NCBI GenBank assembly: GCA_013265495.1
Contig: MU058198.1
Span: 2,554,419-2,618,418 of the forward strand
DNA from: Vicugna vicugna
Taxonomy: Eukaryota
Reading direction: 5' to 3'
DNA: 64,000 nucleotides
The position numbers were made by a program, and so were the translations under genes. Below the pieces are notes generated by a model. It was not told the DNA's origin, made no database searches, and saw nothing but the letters and a program-made list of their open reading frames with translations. Shown piece after piece: positions 37,500 through 50,258 of the stretch; position 1 is the stretch's first letter, and the number at the start of each line of letters is the position of its first letter.

Positions 37500-38050
37500 A
37501 GAGAAAGGAGGTAAAGCCACAGAGAACCAACACTAAGAGGGAATTTTATATTTATATGGACGAAGAGTACACTCCACGAGGGAGAGACAACTTTATGAGT
37601 CCTTTAAGCACAGAATACCAGTGCGTTGGAATACAGGAGACCTCGGTGTGACACTTTTGGACACACAGGCAAAAAGTGAAGAAGAGTAGAAAGAATTTGA
37701 ATAGCATATTATATATGTTTACATAACCTAGGCATGTTATATATTATGTAAATATATTTCCATATATATTATATACATATATGCAATTTTGTTGTCTTAC
37801 AAAGAGAACACACACTTTTTTTTTTATTACCTGAGGGTCATTTGTAAACTGATTCATCTATGAAAAAATTCTGATTCCCCAAAGCAAACAATTTGTGGGT
37901 CACATTCTCTGACCTCAATAAGACAAATCTAGAAATAAATGTACATATATTAGCTTTAAAAAAGTACAATTGCTCAGATACTAAAAAAAAAAAAAAACTT
38001 TTCTAAATAACAGTTGGATCGAAGAAGAAACCCAAGCAGCAGTTAGAGGC
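37500..38050 (+). mobile_element. Highly degraded L1 ORF2 (endonuclease region) remnant
   Basis: A-rich; cacattctctgacctcaataagacaaatctagaaataaat resembles the L1 EN-region FSDHN..KLEIN coding sequence. Confidence 0.5.
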
Positions 38051-38196
38051 TGTTAAGAAACCAATGGCGAGGAGAAATGGGCATCTCCAAGTGTCGGGGG
38101 CGGGGCAGCACAGGACCCCCCCCACCCCACCCCAGGGTGGAGTGGCAAGGGGCCACTGCAGCCTTCCTCACTGCTCTTCCTGTCCCTGTCCCCCAG

Positions 38197-38336
38197 ATTG
38201 GGCTATTTATCAGCTATGACAACGCCACCAAGCAGCTGGACACAGTTTATGACATCACTCCTGAACTGGCCCAGGCGTTTCTGGAGAAAATCAGCTCCTC
38301 CAGCTTTGACATGAGGAACACCTCTACCATCCACAG
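38197..38336 (+). CDS. OTOA: OTOA coding exon 10 IGLFISYDNATKQLD...NTSTIHR (GC donor)
   Basis: ccccag|ATT ... CAG|gcaagg; 140 nt; the frame of the next exon requires this junction. Confidence 0.92.
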
Positions 38337-39064
38337 GCAAGGAGCAGGGATCTCTAGGCCTTCGGAGCTGTTCCCCAAGATGTGATCTAAGCATCGGCTT
38401 CCTCTGAGCAGCAGGGGAAGGAGGTGGCTGGTCCACGTCCTATGTCTCTGTGTATGTGAGGGAGGTGTTTCCCCAAAGAGACCCCTTTAAAGAGGTTATG
38501 AAGTGAGGAAGAAAACAAATGCTTTTTTAAGCATCTCCTATGTGCCAGACACTTATGCAGTCTTAGCAAGTGCTAAGATTCTAGCTCTGAGCATGGAAAT
38601 GGAGCGTTTTTAACACTCCTCCTTTCCAAGGTAAATGTGTAATTTCCATTGGGTTGGGTTGAGTATTGGAAATAGCTTGGGGGTCCCCGTATTTGTGAAC
38701 CTCTTTTTATCTAGACTCTAGGTGGGGAACCCCGGGATGGGATCAGCTCTAGAATTTAGTGATTGTAACTTGATCCCCCTGGAACCGTTTTCAGCAGGGG
38801 AGGTGACCCCAGAAAGGGCTTGAATGTCAGAAGTTGGGATGTGCAGTAAGGAGGGGTGGTGAGCACTATTCACACACCTTCTCTCCATCTCCCAGGGCTT
38901 TATTGTCAAGGTGCTTCCTCTGATATCACCATATTACCTTACATTTTTTCAAAGTCATTTGCAGAGAATATTCTTATATAAAATGATTCCACCTTCCTCC
39001 TCCATCCTTAGTAATTTTCACCCATTAGCATGGGTCCCATTTTTTTACGGTTACACAAAAAATA

Positions 39065-39290
39065 GATCCGTGGTTAAGAACAGGTGACCTGGAGCCAGAC
39101 TTCATTGGTCTAATCCTGGCTCTGCCACTTACAAGCTGTGTGATCTTGGCCGTGTTACTGCTCTTCTCTGTGCCTCCATTTCCCCATCTGTAAAATGGGA
39201 GATAATAAGGTGCCTACCTCATTAAGATCCTCGTAAAGATTAAGCACAACTGCAAGTAGCAAGTGCTTAAGAAATACTAGTTACTCTTAA
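39065..39290. mobile_element. MIR SINE
   Basis: MIR core ctctgccactt...gctgtgtgatcttgg...tctgtgcctccatttccccatctgtaaaatggg; many other MIR/L2 relics are present but not listed. Confidence 0.8.
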
Positions 39291-40338
39291 CATGGTTATT
39301 AACATTCAGTCTTTACTTCCTCCGAGTCTTCTTTTCTTATCAGACATGCTTTCAAAGTCTTTTCCAGACCTGGTTGCTCTCCTGTGGTCATGTCTGAGTG
39401 TGTCAGTGTCTGATCATGGTCAACCAGGGGGTCCAGCCTTGCTAAGTCAATTAGATTTCATGCCAATGCTAAGAGCATCCACTGATGAGTAAGTGCTTAG
39501 TATCCACCAAGAAGTATGCTAAACAGTTGTGTCTCTTCTCATTTAACCCTCACAGTACTCCTCATCCCTTCATTCATCGTATTAATTATGATGCGCTATG
39601 ATGAACAAAGAAAATCTCCCCATTAAAAGCTTAGAGAGGCAGGGTGACCCTGTACAGTAGTACAGAGTGTGCACTGCACAACTGTGTGCCGCAAACTTGC
39701 AGAGAAATTAATAACTTGCTGGAGGTCAGACATCTCATAGAGCTGGGCTTCAAACTCCAGTTGGCCTGAAGCTATATTCTTAGCCATTAGGTGTTGTGCT
39801 TCCAGCTAGATCCAGGGTTCAAATCCCATCTCTGCTCCTACATTGTTTTGCCTCCTGTCTATGTTTTTTCCCTTTTGAAGTCATCATTACCTAGGGATAT
39901 TGGTTGTAAAGCATCCTGGAAATAAATCTCTGCCTCAGAGAATCCATCAGGGTGGACAAACTCTTTATCTCTGTATGAAAAATGGAGGTTTTTCTCTGGC
40001 TAAGTGGGCAACATGCTTTCCTTGTGCCCCTTAATGGCCCAGGAAGAGATGGCATAGTTGGTTGGATCTAGATTTAAGGCCCAGCATCACTACGTGCCTT
40101 GGACAAGTCACCCTTGATCTCTTTGAGTCTCAGTTTGCCATTCTGTGAAATGGGGCTAATGAGAGCATCTACCTTGCAGGGTTGTTGTGATGAGATAATG
40201 CAGGTAAAGGGCTCAGCACAGTACCTGGTACGAGGCAGCTGCTTTGACTGTGACTCTCTTGGGTCTAACTGGGGTGGGGCTGTGGTTGTGGCCTCTGGGT
40301 CTGCGCCCTCCACCAGCATCCCTTATCTTCTCACACAG

Positions 40339-40462
40339 GCTGGGGCTGCTGGTGTGTTTCTACGATGATCTGGAGTTGCTGGACGCTGCCTTGGCCCAGG
40401 TCCTCCTTCACCAGATGATCAAGTGCAGCCACCTGAGGGGCTTCCAGGCTGGTGTTCAGAAG
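40339..40462 (+). CDS. OTOA: OTOA coding exon 11 [14 protein letters not shown]...GFQAGVQK
   Basis: cacacag|G ... AAG|gtgcag; 124 nt. Confidence 0.94.
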
Positions 40463-41139
40463 GTGCAGAAGGGCCCATAGCCTCGGCCTCAGTTTCACTA
40501 GCCGGAGAAATGGAGAGAACCATCCTGCCTGGCCTTTGAGAGGAAACACGCAGGGTTAATCAGGATCTAGGTCCAGCCACAGTAGATGGTATCCCAAATA
40601 CTGGGATGAGCTTAAAATGGGAAGAAACAAGAAACTGTAGAAAAAAAAAACTTGCATAGATCAAAATTCAGTGAGATCAGCCACCTCAAACTTAAATGTG
40701 CATACGGTTGCTTGGGTCCAGATTTAAAGTCTGGTTGGGGCCCGAGACTCTGCATTTCTAGCAAGCTTCCAGGTGATACTGAGGCTGCTGGTCTGGTGAC
40801 CATGCTTAGCATAGCAAGGAGTTAAAACAGTGGTTCTCAAACCTGGTTCTATGTGAGTAACACGCCCCTTCTCCCAGGCTCCAACCCTAGAGATTCTCGT
40901 GTTATTGGTCTGGGGTGTGGCCTGGGTGTAGTATGTTTTAAAAGCTCCTCTGATGATTCTAATGCAGTCAGAGTGGAGACTCCTGGATTAGGGTGTATTT
41001 ATTGAGTTCCTGGACCAAAGGTTTGGACAAGTTGGTACATGTGAACTCTCATTTCCTTCCGCCATCCATCTCTCTCTCCTTTCTTCCCTTAAAGTCTTAA
41101 TTCTGCCTGGCTTCTCTCATTTCGTTTTGTCTTTCTCAA

Positions 41140-41197
41140 TTTTTGGCATGGGGTGGGGGTGGGAGAGGTGATTAGGTTTGTTTGTTTGTTTGTTTGT

Positions 41198-41241
<44 letters not shown>

Positions 41242-41314
41242 TGGAGGGACTGGGGATCGAACCCAGGAGCTCAGCTAAGCACCTGCTCTACCACTGAGCT
41301 ATCCCCTGCTCCCC
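41140..41314 (-). mobile_element. vic-1-like SINE with expanded (TTTG)n(TTTA)n microsatellite in its tail
   Basis: tRNA-like head at 41314; tetranucleotide run ~41177-41240. Confidence 0.82.
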
Positions 41315-41630
41315 ATCTTTCTAATTTTTTTTTAAAATTAAGAAGATGACATGCAAGCAGTATTCAAGAACAATTTTGGTAACTCCATCAATAATTTCAC
41401 TGCAGTTTTTCACACATAACCATAAAGTCGCCGGCCCCATTTGGCATTTGACATAATAATCATTGTTTTGGTCAGTGCATGTTTTTGTTTTCCAGGAAAA
41501 GAATCCCCTCCAAGCAAGCTCAAGCAAAAATAAGAAAATAAATGTATTTTTAAGGCCACAAGGGTAGCTGTGACCAACAAAAAAGCCAGATACAATTAGA
41601 TATGAGAGAACCCTTTGGAATCATCTAGGT

Positions 41631-41819
41631 CAGTGTTTCTTGAACCTGAGGGTGCATCAGAATCGCCTGGAGGGCTTGTTAGAAGCAGCTTGGCAAAACA
41701 CCCATGTCCTGAGTCTCTGATTCTGGAGGGCCAGGGTGGAGCCTGAGAACCTGCATTGCTAACAGCGTCCCAAGTGATGCTGATACTACTGGTGGAGGAC
41801 CACACTTTGAGAACCACTG
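41631..41819. mobile_element. MER5A hAT-Charlie MITE
   Basis: TIRs cagtgtttct / agaaccactg; internal catcagaatcgcctggagggcttgtta; further MER5 relics at ~40690-40985 and ~54840-55020. Confidence 0.85.
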
Positions 41820-41901
41820 CTCTAGGCCTTTCGCAGATGTGGAAGGCGATCTCTACGGGAGAAACCCAGGAGCGGTGACAGCTGTTTCTTTCACTTTACT
41901 C

Positions 41902-41920
41902 TGCTGCCCCCCAGTGGCCA
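41902..41920 (-). promoter_or_regulatory. CTCF motif (reverse orientation) in OTOA intron
   Basis: Reverse complement TGGCCACTGGGGGGCAGCA is close to consensus TGGCCACYAGGGGGCRS. Confidence 0.5.
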
Positions 41921-42762
41921 TTTTGGTATCGTCTGGAACGCTTGCGTGTGCTGGTCTGACGTGAATGTGTATTGTTCATACAAATTCAGGTGTTTAAACG
42001 TGAACCGTTCTCGTATTTTTGGACAGAGGTTTTGTTACAACAAATGAGTTTATCACCTTTTTTTTTTACTGGTAGCAGTTGGGAAACTCACTTGACTGTA
42101 ACTGGACAGGAATATTATAAAAAAATAATTGAGGGGATCAACGATGTGTGAAAACGTGTCTGACATAATTTCAAATGAAAAATACAGAGCAAACAATTGC
42201 ACTTCTGCTCATATCACAACTATGGAAATCTACATACTGTAGTTTATTTATAAAGTACATATTTATAAAGGCATAAGAAGTCTTAGAAACATACACACCC
42301 AATTACTAATCATAGTAATTTTTTTGAGGCAGGATTTTCAGGAGGCCTTCACTTTCTTGTTACTGTTGAGAATGATGTTTACACAGATTATATATTATTA
42401 TGAACCCCCCTGGATATTTCAGGAAAGAAAAATAGCCATAAAGGCAGGATATAGAGTTCACGGTCACTGAAAGAAAGTAGATGCTCTGGGAGGGTGGTGG
42501 AGTCATGGGTGAAGAGGACACAGTTTCCTTCTGCCATGCTTTAAGGTTGATTTAATAACAAATTAATATTTAAATGAAGCACAAAGTGAATTCGTGTCCC
42601 ATGAAGATCAAGGCTAGAGGAGGTGGCATTCTCAGTGGGGCGACTCATGGTCTGGGCTCGGCAGGAGTCCCTCTCCCTTTAATGGGGCGGGGTGGGGTGA
42701 GGGGGCACCCCAGGGTATAGCCTGCTTGCTGCAGACCCTCATCCCAGCTTGCTCCCTCCTAG

Positions 42763-42978
42763 CTCAAAGCTGACCTCCTGGAAATCGCCACGGAGAACCA
42801 CACCCTCAACGAGACTCTGGGCTCTTTGTCGGATGCAGTCGTGGGCTTGACCCACAGTCAGCTGGACTCCCTCTCCCCCGAGGCTGTGCACAGCGCCATC
42901 TCCACCCTCAACCAGGTCTCGGGCTGGGCCAGGAGCCAGGTCATCATCTTGTCTGCCAAATACCTGGCCCAGGAGAAG
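42763..42978 (+). CDS. OTOA: OTOA coding exon 12 [22 protein letters not shown]...KYLAQEK
   Basis: tcctag|CTC ... AAG|gtcagt; 216 nt. Confidence 0.95.
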
Positions 42979-44267
42979 GTCAGTTGGAGCTTTGAGCTCT
43001 ATTTTAATGCCCTGAGACCCACGGGCCAGTTATACACACACACAGCGGGGGCTGCCAATCAGTAAGAGCACAGTGCCAAGGAGGTGGACCTAGATTCGAG
43101 CCCTTGGTCTGCCAGTGACTAGCTGTGCGATACTGGAGAACTGACCTAACTTCTCTTTGCCTCAGTCCCCCTATTTGTAAGATGGGGATAACAGTAGCAC
43201 CTATTTCCTAGGATTATGTGAATCAGGACACAGGAAAAGATTGGAGCAGCCCGACCACCCATGGCGCAGATTACGCGCTCCGTGAGGGTTAGCTGTCGCT
43301 GAGTTAATCATTCCGTCTTCCCCCAGCAACCCTGTAGATCATTTTCCAGGTCATTCATGTGAGACACAGAGCACATAAGGGGATTATCAAGGCCACAAGA
43401 AAGGGTCAGAGCTGGGATTGAACCCGGGGCATCTGGCTTCAGAGCCTGCTTGCTTAACTCCCATGCTAACTACCTCCGTGACGGTGCAGTATCACTGCCC
43501 ACCCATTCTTACTTTCTATCTCAAAGCCAAAGGAAGACCTTTCATCCTGTCCTTTCCAGACTTACGGTGACTTTATTTTGAAGGCTTTGCAGACCTTCTG
43601 TTTTGACTGGGGCCACCTGGGGCCACCCGGACATTTCTCTGTGAATTTGATTTTAGGGAGCTGTCTCGTTTCTCCCAGCCCTGGGCCACGTGGCTCCTTC
43701 CTAGTGTCCCAACTCTTTCTACAAAGGGGTGGGGTGACTTTTACTAAGAAGCCAGAGCTCAAAAGGTCTTGCCTTCTTTGGGGACAGTAACAGACTGTCC
43801 ATTCTACAGAGAATAACTAAAGGAAACTACTCAACTGTTTTTTTTGTAGAACCAAAGAATGTCCCTGATTATATTACGTTTAGCATCTTCACTCCAGAGG
43901 CTGGCTGTCAGGGCTGATATCTGTTAGGGTGGCCAGCTGCAGTCATATTTATCATAAACTATCAGGCTCACATCCTGAAACACTTTATTTCAACTCAACG
44001 CTTCCGCATGAAGATAGATGAGTGTGGGGCTTTGCTATGTCAGATGCCTGTCAGGTGACCTACTGAGGAAAGTGGGCTGTTTCAAGGCCCCGTGAGAGGG
44101 GGTGGGCTGGGTAAGCTGAGAGCCCCATGACCTACTCGAAGGTTCTTGCCTGTTGTTGCCAACGTGGGCCTGATGTGATGTTCAGGTTTTTTTTTTCAAT
44201 AAAGCAGAAACTCTAACCTGGATTTTTGTGGGATTCCTCCAATATTTAAAAAAATAATTTTTCCAGC

Positions 44268-44346
44268 TTTTTTTTTTTTTTAAATTAATGGAGGTACTGG
44301 GGATTGAATGCAGGACCTCGTGCATGCTGAGCCATTTCCCTCCCCC
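44268..44346 (-). mobile_element. vic-1-like SINE with internal deletion
   Basis: cagcatgcacgaggtcctgcattcaatccccagtacctccattaa plus poly-A on the minus strand. Confidence 0.75.
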
Positions 44347-44697
44347 GCAGAGGTTCCTTCCATTTTCAAATGTTGTCAGCTAGTTCAAATTAAACACAGA
44401 ATAGCCCACTGCCTCGTCAGCTGTGGCGCATGGGTCACCACTTTGGGATAGTTGTACTGTGGCCTCGGATAGCATGGTAATTCCCCCAGCGGAGCAGTTA
44501 CTCAGTGTCTCATGTTTTGATACTTAACTCTCTTTCCTGATAGAGGGAGAAGGGGTCTGGGAGGGCAGCATGTGCCTTGCTCACTGCGGTGCCCCAGCAC
44601 CCATCCCAACACCCGGCATGCAGTGGGGCCTCGTAAATGTCCCAGAGGTGGAAGGCGGGAGCCAGGCCTCACCGTCTTCTCGGCCGGCGGCCCCCAG

Positions 44698-44865
44698 GTG
44701 CTGTCCTTCTACAACGTCAGCCAGATGGGCGTGCTGCTGGCCGGGGTCGGCACCCAGGCCTTCCACGCCATGGACCGCAGGGACCTCTCGCAGCTCCTGA
44801 GAAGCACCGTCTCCCTGCACGTGTCCGACCTGTCGCCTGCCCAGCGGCAGGGTGTCCTGAGCAAG
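44698..44865 (+). CDS. OTOA: OTOA coding exon 13 [16 protein letters not shown]...QGVLSK
   Basis: ccccag|GTG ... AAG|gtgaga; 168 nt. Confidence 0.95.
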
Positions 44866-45629
44866 GTGAGAGGAAGACGTTTGGTCCTCAGCCACGTGGC
44901 TCACCCTGTGTGTGCTTTTGGGGTTTTGTGTGGGCTGTGACTGTGGGTGGGGTTGTTCTGAGCCTGGAGAACGCCTTCTCCTGATGCCCACCTTCCCTCC
45001 TGTCCCGAGAAAGCACCGCGGGTCACGCTGTAGTTTTCCCAGACCCTAGTGCTCTCTTATCTCCCCAGCCAGTCGAATCTGGAAACCATTTTTTTTCAGT
45101 TAGGTTTCTTGCTATAATAATATTTTAGAAGTTTTGTTTTTCAAATGTTAAAGTGAATCCTGAAGTCCCCACAGGGCTTGTGAAAGCCCCTCCATCCATT
45201 CTCCAAAGCCATGTCCATGCTCTTCTTTCTCTCTTGGCAGTGGTCTTCTGGGCATCCTACTCTATCATACTCACCCTGTCCAACGGCAAAATCTGTTAAG
45301 AAACCAAACCTAGAGGGTTTGGCCTAAAATACCAACACCTTGCGGTTAGCTGTAGCACCTACGGTTAGATGAAAGAGTGTGGCTTTTGGAACAAGACACA
45401 CTTGAGCTTGAATCTTGCGTATCAGCTCTCAGCCCATTACTCATTAAGCCTCAGTTTTCTTACCTATAAATTGGGAATAAGAAGAGCCCCACCCCCACCT
45501 CCCTGGGTTGCTGAGCAGACCCGGTGGATTTCATTGCCCATGAAGCACAGGACACAGTGCTCGGCTCTGGCCCCCAGCTCAGTGCACCTTCTCCAAGGTC
45601 GTTGCTGTGTTTCTTCTCATTCTTGGCAG

Positions 45630-45770
45630 ATGATTGAAGCGGGAGATACCGCCTCAGGTGTTGCGGAAATACAAGGGGCTTTCTTCAAGGAAGTATCTCT
45701 CTTCGATTTAGGGCGGGAACCCCAATTCAACTCCACAGTCCTGAAGGAAAAGCAGCTTCGGAGGAGTCAG
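45630..45770 (+). CDS. OTOA: OTOA coding exon 14 [27 protein letters not shown]...RRSQ
   Basis: tggcag|ATG ... CAG|gtacga; 141 nt. Confidence 0.95.
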
Positions 45771-46302
45771 GTACGACCTCAATGCCCGGAGATGGTGCCT
45801 GGATTTCTGACTGTCTTGTGGGAAAGGTCTGCTCTAAGGTTAATTTGGTAAAAAATCAGTATTTGTGTGTGATTAAACCCAAGAGGCAGAATTGTGCAGT
45901 GTTAAGTTAGATGAAATCTGAGTGTGAATTCAGGGTCTGCCGTCTACTAACTGTGGGCTCACGGCTTCTCTTCCTGCGACCTCAGTTCTCTCATGTGCAG
46001 AATGGGGACCACGTCTCACGAGAACCACACGTAAGGGCAGTTGTGACCCGGGTTATAAAATGCGGCCAGTGCTGGGGCCGCGTGGGAAGAGTTGCGCTGT
46101 GGACACCAGTGCGTGGCCTTGGAACTTGCCCCGAATTGCTTCTCCTTCGTTCACTCATCAGTGGGGCAGCTGCCCACCAGGTGCCTGGTGCTGCGTGTGG
46201 TGCTGGTAGCGTAGAAGTGAACCAAACAGCGGGAAACCCCTGCCCTCGGGGAGCTTCCATCCTAGCGAGGAAGACAGACAGCACGAAATTAGTGCTCTCT
46301 TA

Positions 46303-46533
46303 GACAGTAGATGACCCCTCCAGCCTGATCCACCCGCCTGCGCCTACCCTGACCCCATTTAAGGGACCAGCTCACCGCCCTGCCCCACCATGAGAGCTAG
46401 CAAGGGAACCTGTCACTTGTTTGAGCTCCCTTGTGCTGCATCACGAGTCCCAGCACAGCGCTGCCTGAATTTCTCATCTGGACTCTTATCAATTTCTATT
46501 GACTAAAGAGTCCAAGAACCCAGGTCAGTAACA
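46303..46533 (+). mobile_element. ERV LTR 3' portion
   Basis: Ends ...ctattgactaaagagtccaagaacccaggtcagtaaca (CA terminus), resembling ERV1-type LTR ends in cetartiodactyls. Confidence 0.5.
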
Positions 46534-47420
46534 CAATTTGCCCCAACTGCGCATGCATGTAGTTATTTTTAGCTCTTTTTAGTTTTATTGTATTCTGTTG
46601 CTTGAGGAAGCATTTGTCGAGGCGTAAGCACTCCAGTAGAGGGTCCCAGGTCCCAGGTCCCAGTCTGTCCTCAGATCCTGTGCCCAAGGAAATCTCTGGG
46701 GCCACACAGAGAGCACCTGGAACTTGCCTCCCCTGCTGCTCCTTTCGTCTGGGCTCAGCTGCCACGTCACAGATGCCTCCGCCCAATGCCAGCTCGTAAT
46801 CTATTCTGTTTGGGGAATTACGTTCGAAGTTTCAGAGTCTACATAAATAGATGAATGTTGTGCTTGATCACGTTTGCAAGTTAGGTGTTCTGTAAAGCTA
46901 CATTCCTTGAAACAAACGACCCGCCTTCTTACCAAGTCTTGGTCTCCTGGAGTGCCCGCCTGCGAAGGCTGGAAGGGAGGCTGCTGTGAGCAGGAGTTAC
47001 TTTACTGGTAGAACTTTCTAGCCCGTCCTGGTCTATTCATCCCTCTATTTTGCTTCGTGGGATGCTGTGTGTTCAAGGAACCAGCAGGTGGGCATGTAAA
47101 TAGGGGCTATGGGGGGTCCTCAACTGAGCAGAGGGCTTCTTAGAGTGCAGGAAGTGGACCTCCAGCCCTGCTGGCCTGGCTTTGTTCCTTATCCACCTCC
47201 TGGAGCACTGGGATCACGTAGGGTGTGAGCCTGTGGGCTCTGCAAATACTGGACACCAGTTCAAATCCTAGCTCTGCCGCCTAGCAATTGTGTGGTCCTG
47301 GGGAAGTATCAAAGCCTCCATTTTTCCATCTGTAAAGTGGGAGCATGGTGTGCCTTCCCCACGGGACTCGTCTCGATGAGTCAGCGCTCCCTCAACGTGG
47401 CAATCATCCTCTTCCCTCAG

Positions 47421-47479
47421 GCCTTGTTCCTGTATGAGCTTCTGTCAAAGACGACCAGGAGGCCAGCGGAGCTCCTGAG
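47421..47479 (+). CDS. OTOA: OTOA coding exon 15 [20 protein letters not shown]
   Basis: cctcag|GCC ... GAG|gtagga; 59 nt. Confidence 0.94.
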
Positions 47480-47646
47480 GTAGGAGCCTGGGGCTGGCGA
47501 GCCCTTCGGAGTCTCCCTCCCAAGGAGCCTGATTTCCCTGGAGGGAGAGTTGGACGGTGGTCCTGCCTGCAGCCCGGGTCAGGCCAGATCTGCCTTCTCT
47601 TGCTCCTCCTTGCCTCCCCCTTCCCTGCCCTCGTTTTGTTTTCCAG

Positions 47647-47764
47647 TTCAGGGCAGCTGGTCAAAGGCGTGACGTGCTCCCACGTGGATGCCATGAGCGC
47701 AGACTCCTTTCTGGCTCATTTCCAGTATTTTGAGAACAACTTCTCTCTGCTCTCACCATATCAG
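47647..47764 (+). CDS. OTOA: OTOA coding exon 16 [16 protein letters not shown]...LLSPYQ
   Basis: ttccag|T ... CAG|gtacca; 118 nt. Confidence 0.94.
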
Positions 47765-48383
47765 GTACCATCGGAGCACTTCCCTGCTTCTAATCCTTTC
47801 TCCCTACCCCAGTTGCCGGGTGGATTAACTGCAGCGTCTTAAGAGATTCGAGCCAGGATTATCCCAATGCAAGTGATGACATGGGGCCAAAGATTGAGCC
47901 AGGTTTTCTCCAATTTCTTTTTTAAAAGCTCCACAACCCCACATCTCTGCAGACAGAGTTTCAGCAGATTGGTTATTCCGTATGCAGCTTTGAACCTCCA
48001 AATACGGTTGGAAGGTATACCATTTGCATGTTCACAATTATGCTCGCCTGGGACTGCAGGTCATACCGTCACCTAAACTTTCTGTCCTTCCCAGGCGTAG
48101 CTTGGAATGGAAGCAATTCTCTAGGAGCATTTGCTTTTCCATTTAAAACTTCATTTCTCAAACAGTGAAGGAGACTCTTTAACCCTGTGGGGAGACCAGG
48201 GGCAGTAAATGACTTTCACTGTATCTAAGTGAGTAAAAGCAGGCCTTGGAAATAGCGTTCGGACTACAGAGAAAGTCTGCTATCGACTTGGGGAGTTTTT
48301 GGTATAGATAAAACATCTACATGTAATTTAAAAAACACAAATGAGCTCACACTGTACACAGTATTCTGTTTAAATTTATGTCT

Positions 48384-48407
48384 CACACACACACACACAC
48401 ACACACA
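48384..48407. repeat. (CA)12 microsatellite
   Basis: Perfect dinucleotide run. Confidence 0.95.
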
Positions 48408-48742
48408 GAGTAAATCTTTCTTATGGAAACAAGATAGTTGCATAGTACTCAGTTGTATGAATATACCACGATTTACTTAACCAGTCCCCGAAGGAGGGCC
48501 GTTGACTTTCTTGCAGTTATGAATAAGCCTTCTCAGACTTAGATTTGTGTGTGCATTTTGTTATTGCCTCAGTTTCCTCATCCATAAACTGGGTGCAGTA
48601 GTGGTACTTACATCGTAGGGTGTTCTCTTTAAGTGAACATATGTAAAGCACTCAGAACAGTGTCTGACACACAGCAAAGCACAATCTGTGTTTGCTCTTA
48701 TTATTATTGGGCTAAATTCCTAGAACTGCTTTAATCTTTCAG

Positions 48743-48816
48743 ATTAACTGTTTGGCGTGGAAATACTGGGAAGTTTCCAGGTCCTCTATGCCGCCCTTCC
48801 TCTTGGCTGCACTCCC
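48743..48816 (+). CDS. OTOA: OTOA coding exon 17 [25 protein letters not shown]
   Basis: tttcag|ATT ... CCC|gtaagt; 74 nt. Confidence 0.94.
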
Positions 48817-50092
48817 GTAAGTGAATGTCAGTCCCCCTTTCTGGCTCAGCAATAAGATCAGCGAGTGTCACTGAAGCCAAAGTGACTCTCTCCACCTGGC
48901 TTTTGATGAAGAACCAGAGGCAGAGTGGAGCGTGCCTTCAACAGTTCAGTCCTTGAGAACCAGGATTTAAATTCTGAGCCCCACATCGATATTTCAGACA
49001 GATTTTTCTGGCTTTTTCTTGTTATTTAAAAGCCAAAGCCAAAGCCAAAGTAACCCCAGCCTGAATGAGCGAGTGCTGGTGAAGCAGGTCACATCTGGGC
49101 TCGCCTCACAGCTGTGCCCAGGCTCCAGGGGCATCAGAGCTGATGCGAGCAGTGAGGATTTCTTCTAGTGTGGGTTGGTGTCCAGCCCTGGGGGACAACC
49201 CTGCTTTTAAAATATGGTCTGGATACTGTTTTTCTCTTTTCCTCTTTATTTCCCTCTCCCTTCTCTTGCTGCCATTGTCTTCATTCAATTAAAAAATTAT
49301 TTATTGAGCACTTACTATGTACTAAGTTCTTCAAGTTAAGTAAATTTTCCCCTTATGAGAACTTACAATCTAATGGAGGGAAAATAGACAAGCATGAAGC
49401 CACTTACAATATCAAGTAGATATTTGGTTGAAAGTGACAGAAACTTAGCCTCAAACTAGCTTAGGCTCTAAAAGGTAATTCTGCGTTTGGGTAACTGGAA
49501 AGTTCAGGGATGGACTTCAGGCATGTCTGGATCCAGGGGCTCAAATGAGAAGGCCAGAGACTTAAGGGATGGTCAGATCAGGGAGGGCTTGTGTGATGCC
49601 CTGGGGGTGTTTTGCTTGTATTCTGGGGACAGATTTTTTTTGTTTCAGAGAGATCATCATTATTACCTCCCAAAGGAGAAAAATTTAATTTCTCCCCAAG
49701 GAGAGAAATTACATGGAGTAAGATTTTGTTGAGTAGGATTGAGCTTTGGTGGATCACAAATCATTGTAATAACTCAGATGTTTTCCCTACTTTCTCCCTC
49801 TCCCTGAACCAAGTTTCTTCCCCTTGGGGGCGATGTTGCCCCTGCGGAGAATTTACAGTCAAGAGCTGAGAGGAGAGTTCTGGGCTGGAGTTGACGGAAT
49901 TAAGAGTCATTTCTCTTGCTCTCTCCACTCTCTCCTTATTTTTTCCCTCCCACTTTCAATTTTATTCTCTCTCTTTGTCTCTTTCTTCTTCTACTTTTTT
50001 ATTTCCTTTCTCCTCATCTCCGCTCAATCTGTCCATCAGTCAACTTCCGTTTATGGAGATCCTAGTCTCTGATCAGGCTGCTGGGGCAGAGA

Positions 50093-50258
50093 AGAGGAGC
50101 ATGATGGGAAGTTTGTTTCCCACTAGTAGGAGAGGAGCATGATGGGAAGTTTGTTTCCCACTTGTAGGAGAGGAGCATGATGGGAAGTTTATTTCCCACT
50201 TGTAGAAGAGCATGGTGGGAAGTTTGTTTCCTGCCCTTAAAAGAGGAAAATGATGGGT
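50093..50258. repeat. 38-bp minisatellite, ~4.5 copies
   Basis: Unit gagaggagcatgatgggaagtttgtttcccact(a/t)gtag; the 'catg' anchor recurs at 50100, 50138, 50176, 50211. Confidence 0.92.

Noticed and set aside
50093..50258. CRISPR-like array (38-bp partially palindromic repeats)
   Set aside because: The units are directly adjacent with no unique spacers, there are no cas genes, and the context is a mammalian intron; it is a minisatellite
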